A DNA stretch of 64,000 bases from the NCBI GenBank assembly GCA_021325275.1, contig JAJPHL010000075.1:16310-80309 (forward strand), written 5' to 3'. The stretch is from Terriglobia bacterium (GTDB lineage: Bacteria > Acidobacteriota > Terriglobia > JAJPHL01). Made by a program: the position numbers and the translations under genes. This document shows, piece by piece, positions 52,251-62,071 of the stretch. Each line of letters starts with the position of its first letter. Within the stretch, counting starts at the first letter, position 1. The notes beneath the pieces are model-generated. The model did no database searches. It was not told the origin of the DNA and saw only the letters and a list, made by a program, of their open reading frames with translations.

Positions 52251-54491
52251 ATGTCGAAGACCACGCTCTTCCTCTCACTACTTCTGGTATTTGCGGCGCT
52301 AGCCGCGGCGCAAACGTGCGACCTTAACTTGTACAAGGCCGCCAACGGACTCACGGCGGAAGCCGCGACGAACGGCGTGCAGCTCAGTTGGATCGGCGAG
52401 AAAGGCGCGTCGTTGCGCGCGACTTTTGGGACCATCAACGGGCAGCCAACGATCCGCGAACTCGCGGTGATGAAGGCCGCCGGCGCGCCGTGGACGATTC
52501 TCGCCCGCGAGTTGACGCCGGAGTTCGACGTGGTGTCGGGCGTGCGTCGCATGTCGCAACAGCAATTGAGTCCCCTGCAAGCCATGAAGGTTCCGATCAC
52601 GCCGGAACTTGTCGAGAAGGAAAAGTGGAACGCTTTTTGGGACGCACCGTTGTTTATTCCAGGCCAGCCGGGGCAGTCGATGGATCTTCCGAGAAAACCC
52701 GAGGAGATTCGCCGGGCCTCTTCTTCGTTTGCGGAGTCCAAGTGCTCGGTGAAATCGACGCCCGGACGTCTGAGCGTCGATTTCTCCGGACTGAAAATGG
52801 GCATTTTCTCCGGGCTTCTGCGCTTCACTGTGTATCGCGGATCGAACTTGCTGCGGCAGGAAGCTGTCGCATCGACGCAGGAGAATTCGGTCGCGTACAA
52901 GTACAACGCCGGACTGCGCGGATTCTCGATTGAAGAAACGAAAATGATTTCCTGGCAGGACACCGCGCGCGCTTGGCAGCGCTACGAGTTTGGCGGCGCG
53001 GTGAACAAGGATCCGGTGGCGTTGCGCGCGCGCAATCGCCTGGCGTTGGTGGAGACGGCGGGCGGCACGATCGCGGTGTTTCCGCCGTCGCACAAGTTTT
53101 TCTTCGCGCGTGAGATTGAATTGAACTTGGGCTACGTGTGGTATCGCAAGGACAGCGAGAAGACATTTTCCGCGGGCGTCCGGCAAGCGGAGCACGAGGA
53201 GGAATACCGGCCGTACGGCGTCACCGACGAAGTGTGGAAGCGGCGCGAGGAGCAATCGCGGCACAATTTAGGAAATTTCGCGCTCTACAATGCACCGCCC
53301 GGCAGCGAGCAGCACATGGCCGTGTACTACCTGCTGAGTCCCGCGAACGGCGCGTTGACGCGCGAGCGCGTGCTCGACTACACGCACGGCGACACCTACA
53401 AACCGGTGCCCGGCTATCAAGTGGCGATTAGCCACTTTCACACGCACTTCAACGAACAGCTCACCGACGCAGGCACGATCGATCTGCAACCGACGTGGTG
53501 GCCGGTCTTCCGTGCGCTCGGCGTCAACATCGCGATGATGTCCGATTTTCACGGCGACAGTCACCAGAACGATCCGGGACCGCTGCGTTTCGCCGAAGAA
53601 AAAGTTTATTTCGAGGGTGCGCGCCGCCATTCCGACAAAAGTTTTCTGATCATGCCGGGCGAGGAACCGGACGGGCACCTAGGTGGTCACTACACCATGG
53701 TTTTTCCGAAGCCGGTTTTTTGGTCGCACATTCGGCAAGCGGGGCAGACGTTCGAGCAGCAGGATCCCACGTACGGACACGTCTATCACGTCGGTTCGGC
53801 GGACGAAGAATTGAAGATGATGCAGAAAGAAGGCGCGTTGATGTGGCAGGCGCATCCGCGCACCAAGGGATCCACGGGATATCCCGACGCGGTGAAAGAA
53901 TGGCCGCACTTTCAGAGCGATCGATTTCTCGGCGGATCATATCAATCGCTGCCCGTCGATCAATCGGAGCAGCGCATTTGCGAGAAGCGCTGCCTGAGCG
54001 TACTCGACGACATGAACAATTGGCGCACCGCAGCGGGTCCCTCGACGCCTGGAAATCTGCGCTACATGATCGCCGAGGGCGACACGTACATGAAGTATCC
54101 CGACGATGAAACGTTCCCGCAGCTCATCGTGAATTACGTGCATCTCGACAAAGTGCCACGCTTCGATGACGACTGGAGTCCCATTCTGAAAGCGATGCGC
54201 GCCGGCGACTTCTTCGTGTCGACGGGCGAAGTGCTCCTCAAGAATTACGGAGTGCAGGGGAAAAACTACGTCGCCGAAGTGGAATGGACGTTCCCGCTGG
54301 AATTTGTGGAGCTCGTTTGGGGCGACGGCAAAACCACCGATCGCAAAATCATCCCCGCGACCGAGTTCGGCGAGTTCGGGACGCACCGCTTCGAGATTCC
54401 CTTCGATCCCGCGGGGAAGAAGTGGATTCGCTTCGCGGCTTGGGACTCCGCTGGGAACGGCGCGCTGACGCAGCCGGTTGGCTTGCAGTAA
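52251..54491 (+). CDS. Secreted hypothetical protein; possible metal-dependent (PHP/CehA-like) hydrolase module
   Basis: ATG 52251 gives signal peptide MSKTTLFLSLLLVFAALAAAQ. His-rich motifs ISHFHTHF, MMSDFHGDSH, WQAHPRTKG. No family confidently recognised. Confidence 0.7.
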   Translation: MSKTTLFLSLLLVFAALAAAQTCDLNLYKAANGLTAEAATNGVQLSWIGEKGASLRATFGTINGQPTIRELAVMKAAGAPWTILARELTPEFDVVSGVRRMSQQQLSPLQAMKVPITPELVEKEKWNAFWDAPLFIPGQPGQSMDLPRKPEEIRRASSSFAESKCSVKSTPGRLSVDFSGLKMGIFSGLLRFTVYRGSNLLRQEAVASTQENSVAYKYNAGLRGFSIEETKMISWQDTARAWQRYEFGGAVNKDPVALRARNRLALVETAGGTIAVFPPSHKFFFAREIELNLGYVWYRKDSEKTFSAGVRQAEHEEEYRPYGVTDEVWKRREEQSRHNLGNFALYNAPPGSEQHMAVYYLLSPANGALTRERVLDYTHGDTYKPVPGYQVAISHFHTHFNEQLTDAGTIDLQPTWWPVFRALGVNIAMMSDFHGDSHQNDPGPLRFAEEKVYFEGARRHSDKSFLIMPGEEPDGHLGGHYTMVFPKPVFWSHIRQAGQTFEQQDPTYGHVYHVGSADEELKMMQKEGALMWQAHPRTKGSTGYPDAVKEWPHFQSDRFLGGSYQSLPVDQSEQRICEKRCLSVLDDMNNWRTAAGPSTPGNLRYMIAEGDTYMKYPDDETFPQLIVNYVHLDKVPRFDDDWSPILKAMRAGDFFVSTGEVLLKNYGVQGKNYVAEVEWTFPLEFVELVWGDGKTTDRKIIPATEFGEFGTHRFEIPFDPAGKKWIRFAAWDSAGNGALTQPVGLQ

Positions 54492-54789
54492 CGCGGTGCG
54501 CTTCGCACAGTGCCGCGCCTAGTACCGCGTCGTCCGCGGCCGACAGAGTCACGCTGGTGCTGCCAGCGCGTCCCCACGCGCCGGCGCAGGCGCGAAATGC
54601 GCCGGGGTATTCCGCTATGAGCGCCGCTTGAGTTTCCGGCGTCACTTTCACCATGGCATTGTCTTTCGTGGGATATCCGAGCGTCGCGAAGATTTTTCCG
54701 CGCACGCGGAAGTCGGGATGTTTCATGTGGGCGCGTTCTTCGGTTTCGGGCAACGCCAGGGCAATGCGTCGAAAAGTCGCGGCGGTCAT
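54349..54789 (-). CDS. MmcQ/YjbR-like small protein with an abnormal R/S-rich C-terminal extension
   Basis: ATG 54789, with GAGGA 7 nt upstream. MTAATFRRIALALPETEERAHMKHPDFRVRGKIFATLGYPTKDNAMVKVTPETQAALIAEYPGAFRACAGAWGRAGSTSVTL fits the YjbR-like pattern. The last ~45 aa run antisense through the end of the 52251..54491 gene. Confidence 0.65.
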   Translation of the reverse strand: MTAATFRRIALALPETEERAHMKHPDFRVRGKIFATLGYPTKDNAMVKVTPETQAALIAEYPGAFRACAGAWGRAGSTSVTLSAADDAVLGAALCEAHRVTASQPAASARRSQRSPKPRSESTSSPRDRRESRSGASRTRRTRSRG

Positions 54790-54791
54790 AG

Positions 54792-56432
54792 TCACATCCT
54801 CTTCAATAGAAGACTCGCTTGCACTTCCCTGGGATTCAACTCCAGCGCATCTTGTGCGTCGGCACGAGCTTTGTCCAACTGATTTAAACGATACTCCGCG
54901 ACGGCGCGATTCGCCAGGGCTCGCGCGTCGCCCGGCCACGAAGCGATCTGTGTGTTGAGCAGCGCCAGGGCTTGTTGGTAGCGATGTTCCCTGATTTGCA
55001 GCGCCGCGTAGTTCACGACGTATTCCGGTTCAAACGTGTAGCCGGCGCTGGCGCGCATCGCGTTGCGGAAATGCAACTCGGTGCCAATCACATCCCCGGC
55101 TTGATTGGCCATCATTGCCATGGAGTATTGCAGTTGCGGATAGTCGCGGCAAATGCGTTCGCCGATCAAAAAGTGGCGTTGCGCCTCGGCGATGTTGCCG
55201 ACTTTCCAATACTCGAGACCCACGGCGTGCTGCACGCGCACGCTCTCGGGATACGCGCGCTCGGCGGCGACCGCCAACGAGTAGTTTCCCTTCCAATCGA
55301 AATTACGGATCACCGTGCGGGCTGCCAGCGCTGCGACAATCGCGGTGAGCGCGCCGACCGCGACGAGGTGCTTGCGCTCGGCGAGCCATTCGTAAGCGAG
55401 TCCGCAGAGCAAACAGAATCCCGCGGAGGGAAGATACGCCCAACGTTCTCCGATGTTCGTTCCGACGGGCACGAAAAAGTTCGAGGTCAACGCGATTCCG
55501 CCCGCGTAGACAATTCCGGCAACAAAGACCGCCTGCGATTTGCGCGATGTCCACGCCCAAGCGGCGGCGAGCGCGACCGCGCCGATAACCCACGGCGCGA
55601 GGGCGAATCCATTGAGGACGGGAATCGCGTTATACGAGTAATCGACGGAGAGCCGCGCGGGAAAAACGTGCAGCCACAGCATCAGCCCTGCGAGTCGCAC
55701 CGAATTCGCCATGCGTAAGGGCGCGGAAAGATCGACCAGCGGATTTTGGATCGGCGGAATCCAACCGAGTCCATACAGTCCCACAACTTTCGTGCGCAGC
55801 GCCAAGTAGAGCGCAGCGACGGCGGCATACCCCGCGTACACGCGCCGCGGGGCTAGGCGTTCCAGGCGCCAATCCGCGAGAATCACGATGCCCAGAAAGC
55901 ACAGCGCCGATTCCTTCGATCCCAGCGCTAGAAAAAAACAGAGCGCCGCGGCGATGAAGCGCCGGTGGGCGTGAAACAGCCACGCGGCAAAGACGAATCC
56001 GGCGGCGAGAATTTCCAGACGCGAGTATGCCGCGCTGACCGCTTCGGTGTGCAGCGGATGCACGGCGAACAAAAGCGCCGCAGCAAACGCGACTCTTGGC
56101 CGATCGAACAGGCGGAGCAACAGGAAGTACAAAACCAGCACGACGCCCGCGTGCGCGACGATATTGAACAGGTGAAATCCAAAAGGTCTGAGTCCGCCCA
56201 TCTCTAAGTTGGCCGCATGGGTAAAAAGAACTACGGGACGCCAACAACCGTCGGTGGCGTACGGGGTCCAAAACATCAGCGAGAACGGCAGGCGCAGGGC
56301 CTCGTTTTGTACGATGAAGGGAAAATCGTCGTAGGCGAAATTGTTGCCGAGGGTGTTCGCGTAGACGGCCAGCGACGCGACGACCAGCAGTAGCGCGCTT
56401 GTGAGTTTCGATTTCAAAAAGCCTGATTTCAA
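54792..56432 (-). CDS. Polytopic GT-C-type (TMTC/PMT-like, DUF1736-type) membrane protein with C-terminal TPR repeats
   Basis: 546 aa, TTG start directly after the aroC stop. N-terminal LAVYANTLGNNFAYDDFPFIVQN is typical of this family. About 10 TM segments, then TPR-like repeats. Confidence 0.8.
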   Translation of the reverse strand: MKSGFLKSKLTSALLLVVASLAVYANTLGNNFAYDDFPFIVQNEALRLPFSLMFWTPYATDGCWRPVVLFTHAANLEMGGLRPFGFHLFNIVAHAGVVLVLYFLLLRLFDRPRVAFAAALLFAVHPLHTEAVSAAYSRLEILAAGFVFAAWLFHAHRRFIAAALCFFLALGSKESALCFLGIVILADWRLERLAPRRVYAGYAAVAALYLALRTKVVGLYGLGWIPPIQNPLVDLSAPLRMANSVRLAGLMLWLHVFPARLSVDYSYNAIPVLNGFALAPWVIGAVALAAAWAWTSRKSQAVFVAGIVYAGGIALTSNFFVPVGTNIGERWAYLPSAGFCLLCGLAYEWLAERKHLVAVGALTAIVAALAARTVIRNFDWKGNYSLAVAAERAYPESVRVQHAVGLEYWKVGNIAEAQRHFLIGERICRDYPQLQYSMAMMANQAGDVIGTELHFRNAMRASAGYTFEPEYVVNYAALQIREHRYQQALALLNTQIASWPGDARALANRAVAEYRLNQLDKARADAQDALELNPREVQASLLLKRM

Positions 56433-57602
56433 CTAAAAAGCCTTGACTTGCGCGCGATACCCCTCGACGTTGCGTTGGATTTCGACGACCGAATCGCCGC
56501 CGAATTTTTCAAGGAAGCAACGCGCGATCACCAGCGCCACCATCGCTTCGGCCGCCACGCCGCCCGCGGGAACCACGCAAACGTCCGAGCGTTCGTACGC
56601 CGCTTGCACCGATTCTTTCGTCACCATGTCGGCGGATTCGAGCGGCCTGCGCAGCGTGGAAATCGGCTTCAGGTATCCGCGCACGATGATGTCCTGGCCG
56701 TTGGAGATGCCGCCTTCCAATCCTCCAGCGCGATTCCGTGCGCGCGTGAAGGCGTGTTGCTCCGCGCTGTATCCGATGGGATCTTGGACCGTCGAGCCGA
56801 ACGACACCGCGTTCTCCAGGCCATCGCCGATCTCGACCGCTTTCACGGCTTGCAGCGACATCACCGCTTGCGCCAGCAATCCGTCGAGACGCTCGTCCCA
56901 ATTCGTGTGCGTGCCGAGTCCCGCGGGAACGCCGCGCGCCACGACTTCGAAGATTCCGCCGACCGTGTCGCCGGTTTTCAGCGCGCGATCCACTTGTTCC
57001 TTCATCGCAGCTTCGGTGGCGGAGTCGGCGCAGCGCAGCACGGGATCGTCCTGCAGCGCGGCGGCCTTGATTTCGTCCCAAGAAACGGCGCGCGATAATT
57101 TCACGCCGCCCACGGCGATCACGTGCGACCACACTTCGATGCCGAAACGCTGGAGCAGCAGCTTGGCCATCGCGCCCGCGGCCACGCGCGCGGCGCTCTC
57201 GCGCGCACTGGCGCGTTCCAGGATGTAGCGCGCGTCGTGCAGATCGTACTTCAAGCATCCGGCGAGATCGGCATGTCCGGGGCGGGGCGCGGTCAGTTTG
57301 CGTTGTCCTTCCGCGTCGGCGTTCGCTTCCACCGGAAGAATGTCGCGCCAATTTTCCCAATCGCGATTGCGGATCAAGAGCGCGACCGGCGCACCGGTGG
57401 TTTTTCCGCGGCGCACGCCGGCCCAAATTTCCGCCGTGTCGGTCTCGATTTTCATGCGGCCGCCGCGGCCGTAGCCCTGCTGACGCCGGCGCAATTCGCG
57501 CGCGACAAAAGCAAGATCGATCTCCACGCCCGCCGGGAGGCCTTGCACGAGCGCGACGAGTCCTTGGCCGTGCGATTCTCCCGCGGTGTGAAAGCGCAGC
57601 AC
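56433..57602 (-). CDS. aroC: Chorismate synthase
   Basis: 389 aa. MLRFHTAGESHGQGLV, GRSSARET-like RASARESAARV, and further conserved chorismate synthase blocks. Confidence 0.96.
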   Translation of the reverse strand: MLRFHTAGESHGQGLVALVQGLPAGVEIDLAFVARELRRRQQGYGRGGRMKIETDTAEIWAGVRRGKTTGAPVALLIRNRDWENWRDILPVEANADAEGQRKLTAPRPGHADLAGCLKYDLHDARYILERASARESAARVAAGAMAKLLLQRFGIEVWSHVIAVGGVKLSRAVSWDEIKAAALQDDPVLRCADSATEAAMKEQVDRALKTGDTVGGIFEVVARGVPAGLGTHTNWDERLDGLLAQAVMSLQAVKAVEIGDGLENAVSFGSTVQDPIGYSAEQHAFTRARNRAGGLEGGISNGQDIIVRGYLKPISTLRRPLESADMVTKESVQAAYERSDVCVVPAGGVAAEAMVALVIARCFLEKFGGDSVVEIQRNVEGYRAQVKAF

Positions 57603-57637
57603 ATTCTCGATTATGACACGCGTGATAGGCTTTTCGT

Positions 57638-58702
57638 GTGGCGATTGTCCGTCAAATTTCCTCTACAACTTGCGAGATCGATGGCCGCGTGCTCGATTTT
57701 TTCGGCGGCACGAATTATTTGAGCTTGTCGTATCACCCCGCATTGGTCGCGGCGGTGACGAACCTCGTCCAGGCGGGCGGACTTGGTCTAGGCGCCTCGC
57801 GCAAGACTACGGGCACGTCGCCCGCGATTCTCGCACTCGAGGAGCAAGTCGCGCGATTTGCCGGTAAGGAAGAAGCCGCGGTGACGGGCTCGGGCCTGTC
57901 GGCGAATATCGCGGTGATCGAGGCGTTGGCGGGTGAAGTGTCCGCGTGGATTGTCGACGAGCGCGCGCACCCGACATTTCAAAACTTCGTTCCTATTGGC
58001 GGCGCGAAGCTGATTCGTTACGCCCACGGCGATGCGGCGGACTTACGGCGGCGATTGGGTGAAACGAGTGGAACGGTCGGCGTGTTCACCGACGGCGTTT
58101 TTCCCTTGACCGGCGAAGTCGCGCCGCTGGCCGAAATTCGCAAGGCGTTAGAAGGCCGCGAACATTATCTCGTGATCGACGAAGCGCATTCGTTTGGCGC
58201 GACGGGCTTTGGCGCGTGCGGCGTTGCGCTGGGCCTGGGCAAGGCCATTGTCACCGTCACGTTCAGCAAGGCATTGAGCTGCACGGGCGGCGCCGTCCTC
58301 GCGAGTTCCGAGATTTGCGCGCGCGTACGCGACAAGTCGGCCTCGTACTCGGGATCAAGCGCGCTCGCGCCGGCGTTGTGCGCAGGAGTGAGTACGGCGC
58401 TCTCGCTCATCGGCGAGGCGTTTCCCCGATTGCAAGCCAACATGCGCGAAATGCGCGAGGGTCTGGCGGGACTTCCGCTACTCGGCTCGGAGGGCGTTCC
58501 GATTTTTTGCGTGAGCGGCGACAGTGGCATCGATATCGCAAAGATTCATGCGCGTTGCCTCGAGGCAGGCTGCTACGTTCCGCTAATCGACGCGTATCCC
58601 GGCATGGGCGCGTCGAGTTTGCTGCGATGGATCGTGCAAGCCGATCACAGTCGCGAGCAAATTCGAAGAGTGCGCGATGTGATTCGATCACTCATCCCGT
58701 AA
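57638..58702 (+). CDS. PLP-dependent alpha-oxoamine synthase family enzyme (BioF/Kbl-like)
   Basis: 354 aa, GTG start. FFGGTNYLSLS, IDEAHSFG, PLP-lysine context TFSKAL. Specific substrate not assignable. Confidence 0.8.
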   Translation: MAIVRQISSTTCEIDGRVLDFFGGTNYLSLSYHPALVAAVTNLVQAGGLGLGASRKTTGTSPAILALEEQVARFAGKEEAAVTGSGLSANIAVIEALAGEVSAWIVDERAHPTFQNFVPIGGAKLIRYAHGDAADLRRRLGETSGTVGVFTDGVFPLTGEVAPLAEIRKALEGREHYLVIDEAHSFGATGFGACGVALGLGKAIVTVTFSKALSCTGGAVLASSEICARVRDKSASYSGSSALAPALCAGVSTALSLIGEAFPRLQANMREMREGLAGLPLLGSEGVPIFCVSGDSGIDIAKIHARCLEAGCYVPLIDAYPGMGASSLLRWIVQADHSREQIRRVRDVIRSLIP

Positions 58703-61105
58703 TGCGACGAGCGGATCAAGCGCCGCCGCGCGGCGCGCGGGTAGCCAGCTCGCGACGACTCCCACGGCAATCAGGATCAGACTGACGTACACGAAAATGC
58801 TCTTGTCGTCGAGCGGAACGTGCAATCCATCCATCAATTTCACGCCGGGAATCGACGCCGCCAAACCGGCGATGAAGCCGCAAATCATCTGCCACAGGGC
58901 AGTCCAAAGCACCATCAGCAGAATTTGATGTTGTTGTGCGCCGAGGGCCATGCGCACCCCGATTTCCTGCGTGCGGCGCGCGGTGGAGTGCGCGGTGACG
59001 GCGTAGAGTCCCACCGCGGAGATCACCAGCGCAATCACGGCGAACGCGCCGAACATTTTGCTGAATAATTTCAGGGACCATTGCTGGCGATCGACCGCGG
59101 CCGCCAAAGTTTCCACTTGGAAGACCGGCAAATCGGGATCGATGCCGTGGACGATCACACGGACCGGTGCGGCGAGAGAAATTTCGCCGGCCGATCGCGT
59201 GAGTAGCAGCATCGTATCGGCGCCCGATTGCAGGTACGGAACAAAAACAGTCGGAGGATGCGCGTTCGGGTCGGTGACATCGACGCGTTCCACGAGTTTC
59301 GCGGTGACGCCGACGATCGTGAGCCAGGCAGCATCGGAATTGTCCGGTGAGCCGCCCGCCTGCCGAAAACGTTTGCCCACGGCTGCGGAGACCGGCCAAT
59401 AGCGCTCGGCGAATTCTCGCGTGACGATCGCGGATCGCCGCGAGCCAACGCCGTCTTCCGTATTGAAATCACGCCCGGCGAGCAGCGGCAAATTGATTGT
59501 CTCGAAGAATCCCGGCGACACGACCACCTCCGACACACGCGGCGTATCATGTCCCGTCGCCGGCGGGCGGCCTTCGATTTCCACTTCGTACCCGCCGCGC
59601 GCCAGTCCCGGCATCGCCGAACTGAGCGTCGCGCTCGTGACTCCGGGAATCGCGCGCAGCCGCACCAGAATCTGGTCGAAAAACGCCCGGCGCGCTTGCA
59701 AATTGGGATAGCGCGACGCAGGCAATTGCACGCGCGATCCCAACAAGTGATCCGCGGGAATCGCCGTATTGATCATTTGTAAATTCAGAAAGCCGCGCAC
59801 GAACATTCCCGCACCGGTTAATAAGACCAGCGTCAACGCGTATTGCACCACAATCAATCCGCCGGAGAAGAAACCGCCGCGGCGGCGTCCTGCGTTTCGC
59901 GCGCCGTCTTTCAGCACGGTGTTCAGGTCGATGCGCGACGCGCGCAGCGCGGGAGCCAATCCGAATCCCAGCGCGGCGCCTGCGCACAACACCGCGAAGT
60001 AGACGAAGACCATGTAGTCGACGCTGAAGACCATCCAATACGGACGGACGGCTTCGGTCGCGAGATCGAAAATTCGTACGCCCCACGCGCCCATCGCAAA
60101 TCCGACGCCGCCGCCTGAAAACGCTAGGAGCGCGCTTTCGAAGAGCAATTGGCGCACGATCTGCCAGCGCGATGCGCCAAGCGCGCAACGAATCGCCAAC
60201 TCCTGGCGGCGCTCGAGTCCGCGCGCGAACATCATGTTGGCGGCGTTCGCGCAGGCGATCAGCAGCACAAAAACCACGGCCATTTGCATGAGGAAGAAAA
60301 GCTGGATCAGACCGGGATCGTCGCGCCGCGGGAACGACTGAATGTCGGGAGCGAACTCTTTTCTCGCAAAAGGACTCGCCAACTCACGGTCGATTTGCTC
60401 CCGTAGGATGCGCATTTCCATTCGCGCCTGGTTCATCGACACATTTGGTTTCAGAATCCCGAAGAAGCTCAGCCTCGGGATCGACTCCGTCGCGCGATCG
60501 GCCGCCGGTACAAGCGGCATCCAAACGTCGGTCTCGTCAGGAAACTTGAACTTGCGCGGCATCACGCCGATGATCGTGGTCGGCGCGTCTTTGATTCGCA
60601 CGGTGCGGCCCACCACACTCGCGGCCCCGCCGAAACGGTCCTGCCAAAGGCTGTATCCGATCAACGCGACGCTGGCCGCGCCGGTCTGCCCGTCGGAGGC
60701 GGAGAATCCGCGACCCACGACGGGTGAAACTCCAAAGGAGTCGAACATGCTGGTGGAAATCCGGTTGATCCATACCGACTGCGGCGCGTTGTCGTTGTCG
60801 GTGATTGCCACACGATCCCAGTACAAGGCTTCCAGTGCTTCGAAGGAAACGAGTTTTGACCGGTACTCGCGAAATTCCAGGTCGGAAAACCCGGTGCCGG
60901 CAAAGCGAGTCTTGGTGCTTTGCATGTGAATGCGCACCAAGCGATCGCCGCCGTGTACCTCAAGCGGTTTGATGAAGACGGCGTTAGTCAGCGTAAACAC
61001 CATGGTGTTTACGCCGATGCCCGAGCCGATCGTGGCGATGATCGCCAGCGAGAACCAGCGGCGGCTTACGATCGAGCGCAGCGCGTAGCGGAGGTCAGGC
61101 CCCAT
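58688..61105 (-). CDS. ADOP-family duplicated ABC-type permease (second copy), no adjacent ATPase
   Basis: 805 aa. MGPDLRYALRSIVSRRWFSLAIIATIGSGIGVNTMVFTLTNAVFIKPL. Duplicated MacB/FtsX architecture. The 3' end overlaps the convergent BioF-like gene by 15 nt. Confidence 0.88.
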   Translation of the reverse strand: MGPDLRYALRSIVSRRWFSLAIIATIGSGIGVNTMVFTLTNAVFIKPLEVHGGDRLVRIHMQSTKTRFAGTGFSDLEFREYRSKLVSFEALEALYWDRVAITDNDNAPQSVWINRISTSMFDSFGVSPVVGRGFSASDGQTGAASVALIGYSLWQDRFGGAASVVGRTVRIKDAPTTIIGVMPRKFKFPDETDVWMPLVPAADRATESIPRLSFFGILKPNVSMNQARMEMRILREQIDRELASPFARKEFAPDIQSFPRRDDPGLIQLFFLMQMAVVFVLLIACANAANMMFARGLERRQELAIRCALGASRWQIVRQLLFESALLAFSGGGVGFAMGAWGVRIFDLATEAVRPYWMVFSVDYMVFVYFAVLCAGAALGFGLAPALRASRIDLNTVLKDGARNAGRRRGGFFSGGLIVVQYALTLVLLTGAGMFVRGFLNLQMINTAIPADHLLGSRVQLPASRYPNLQARRAFFDQILVRLRAIPGVTSATLSSAMPGLARGGYEVEIEGRPPATGHDTPRVSEVVVSPGFFETINLPLLAGRDFNTEDGVGSRRSAIVTREFAERYWPVSAAVGKRFRQAGGSPDNSDAAWLTIVGVTAKLVERVDVTDPNAHPPTVFVPYLQSGADTMLLLTRSAGEISLAAPVRVIVHGIDPDLPVFQVETLAAAVDRQQWSLKLFSKMFGAFAVIALVISAVGLYAVTAHSTARRTQEIGVRMALGAQQHQILLMVLWTALWQMICGFIAGLAASIPGVKLMDGLHVPLDDKSIFVYVSLILIAVGVVASWLPARRAAALDPLVALRDE

Positions 61106-61164
61106 GAAAATACAGGACGAGTAAAGTCCCGAAAACGTGCGCAGAGACGCGAAATTTATTTCGT

Positions 61165-62016
61165 TTACGGCCGGCCGCCGCGACCACCCATCATGTCGCG
61201 CTTGGTCGCGCCCGCGGGCAGCGTGAACATCGCGCCTTCCACCGATTTCTGTTCGACGCTCAGCAGAGTGTCCTCATACGTCGGCTTATCGGACGCGTCG
61301 AACATCAGCGAATGCACCGGGAATCCCGGCATCGTCTCGTTGAACGTCGCCATCTGGCTGGCGCGAGGATTCATCCGGCGCATTGGCTCCATGAACTTCG
61401 ACATCGCTTGAAACGCGCGCATGTCGTTCGCGGATAGGCGAAGTTCACTGGTGGGCGCCAAGCACATTTCAGCGCTCTTCTTGCCGTTGCCCATTTGATC
61501 GTACTTCGTGCACGTGAATTGCCCGTACTTTCCGGAGCCGCCGCGCGCTTCATAGGTGTACGACACAGGACCCGACGACGCGCCGCCGCCCATCGCGCCC
61601 ATGCGCCCCTTCATCGCCTGCTCCGCCATGGCGCGCTGTTCCGGCGGCAAATTCGCCAGCGCCGCTTGCTGACGCTGCATTGCCGCTTCCATTTGCGCGT
61701 TTTGCGCGCCGCTCATTCCGCCGCCGCCGGCCATTTGCGCCATGCGCGCGATGCTGTCGGCGGTCATTTCCATGTACGAATTGTCCGGCTGCACGATCCA
61801 CATCACTTGCTTGTCGCCGTCGAAGATAATAACGGTCTTGCCCATCGCCGCTGCCGACTCGACGCGAACTTTGGCGCCTTCGATGTAGACGACGCTCTGC
61901 ATTTTGTCGCCGCCCACTGGGCCGCCTTCGCGTTTCATGATCACACCGGCGGATGCCGTCACAGCCAGAAGCAGAATCGCACTGCCGAACGCTCCGGTTT
62001 TGAAGCGGTTATTCAT
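61165..62016 (-). CDS. Secreted DUF4412-like protein with an M/G/A/Q-rich central region
   Basis: ATG 62016, preceded by GGAGGA at 8 nt. MNNRFKTGAFGSAILLLAVTASAG signal peptide. Met-rich low-complexity segment MAQMAGGGGMSGAQNAQMEAAMQRQQAALANLPPEQRAMAEQAMKGRMGAMGGG. Confidence 0.75.
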   Translation of the reverse strand: MNNRFKTGAFGSAILLLAVTASAGVIMKREGGPVGGDKMQSVVYIEGAKVRVESAAAMGKTVIIFDGDKQVMWIVQPDNSYMEMTADSIARMAQMAGGGGMSGAQNAQMEAAMQRQQAALANLPPEQRAMAEQAMKGRMGAMGGGASSGPVSYTYEARGGSGKYGQFTCTKYDQMGNGKKSAEMCLAPTSELRLSANDMRAFQAMSKFMEPMRRMNPRASQMATFNETMPGFPVHSLMFDASDKPTYEDTLLSVEQKSVEGAMFTLPAGATKRDMMGGRGGRP

Positions 62017-62071
62017 TTGAAAGATCCTCCGTTCGCTGATCGTAGCATGAGCGCAAGATATAATCCACGGC

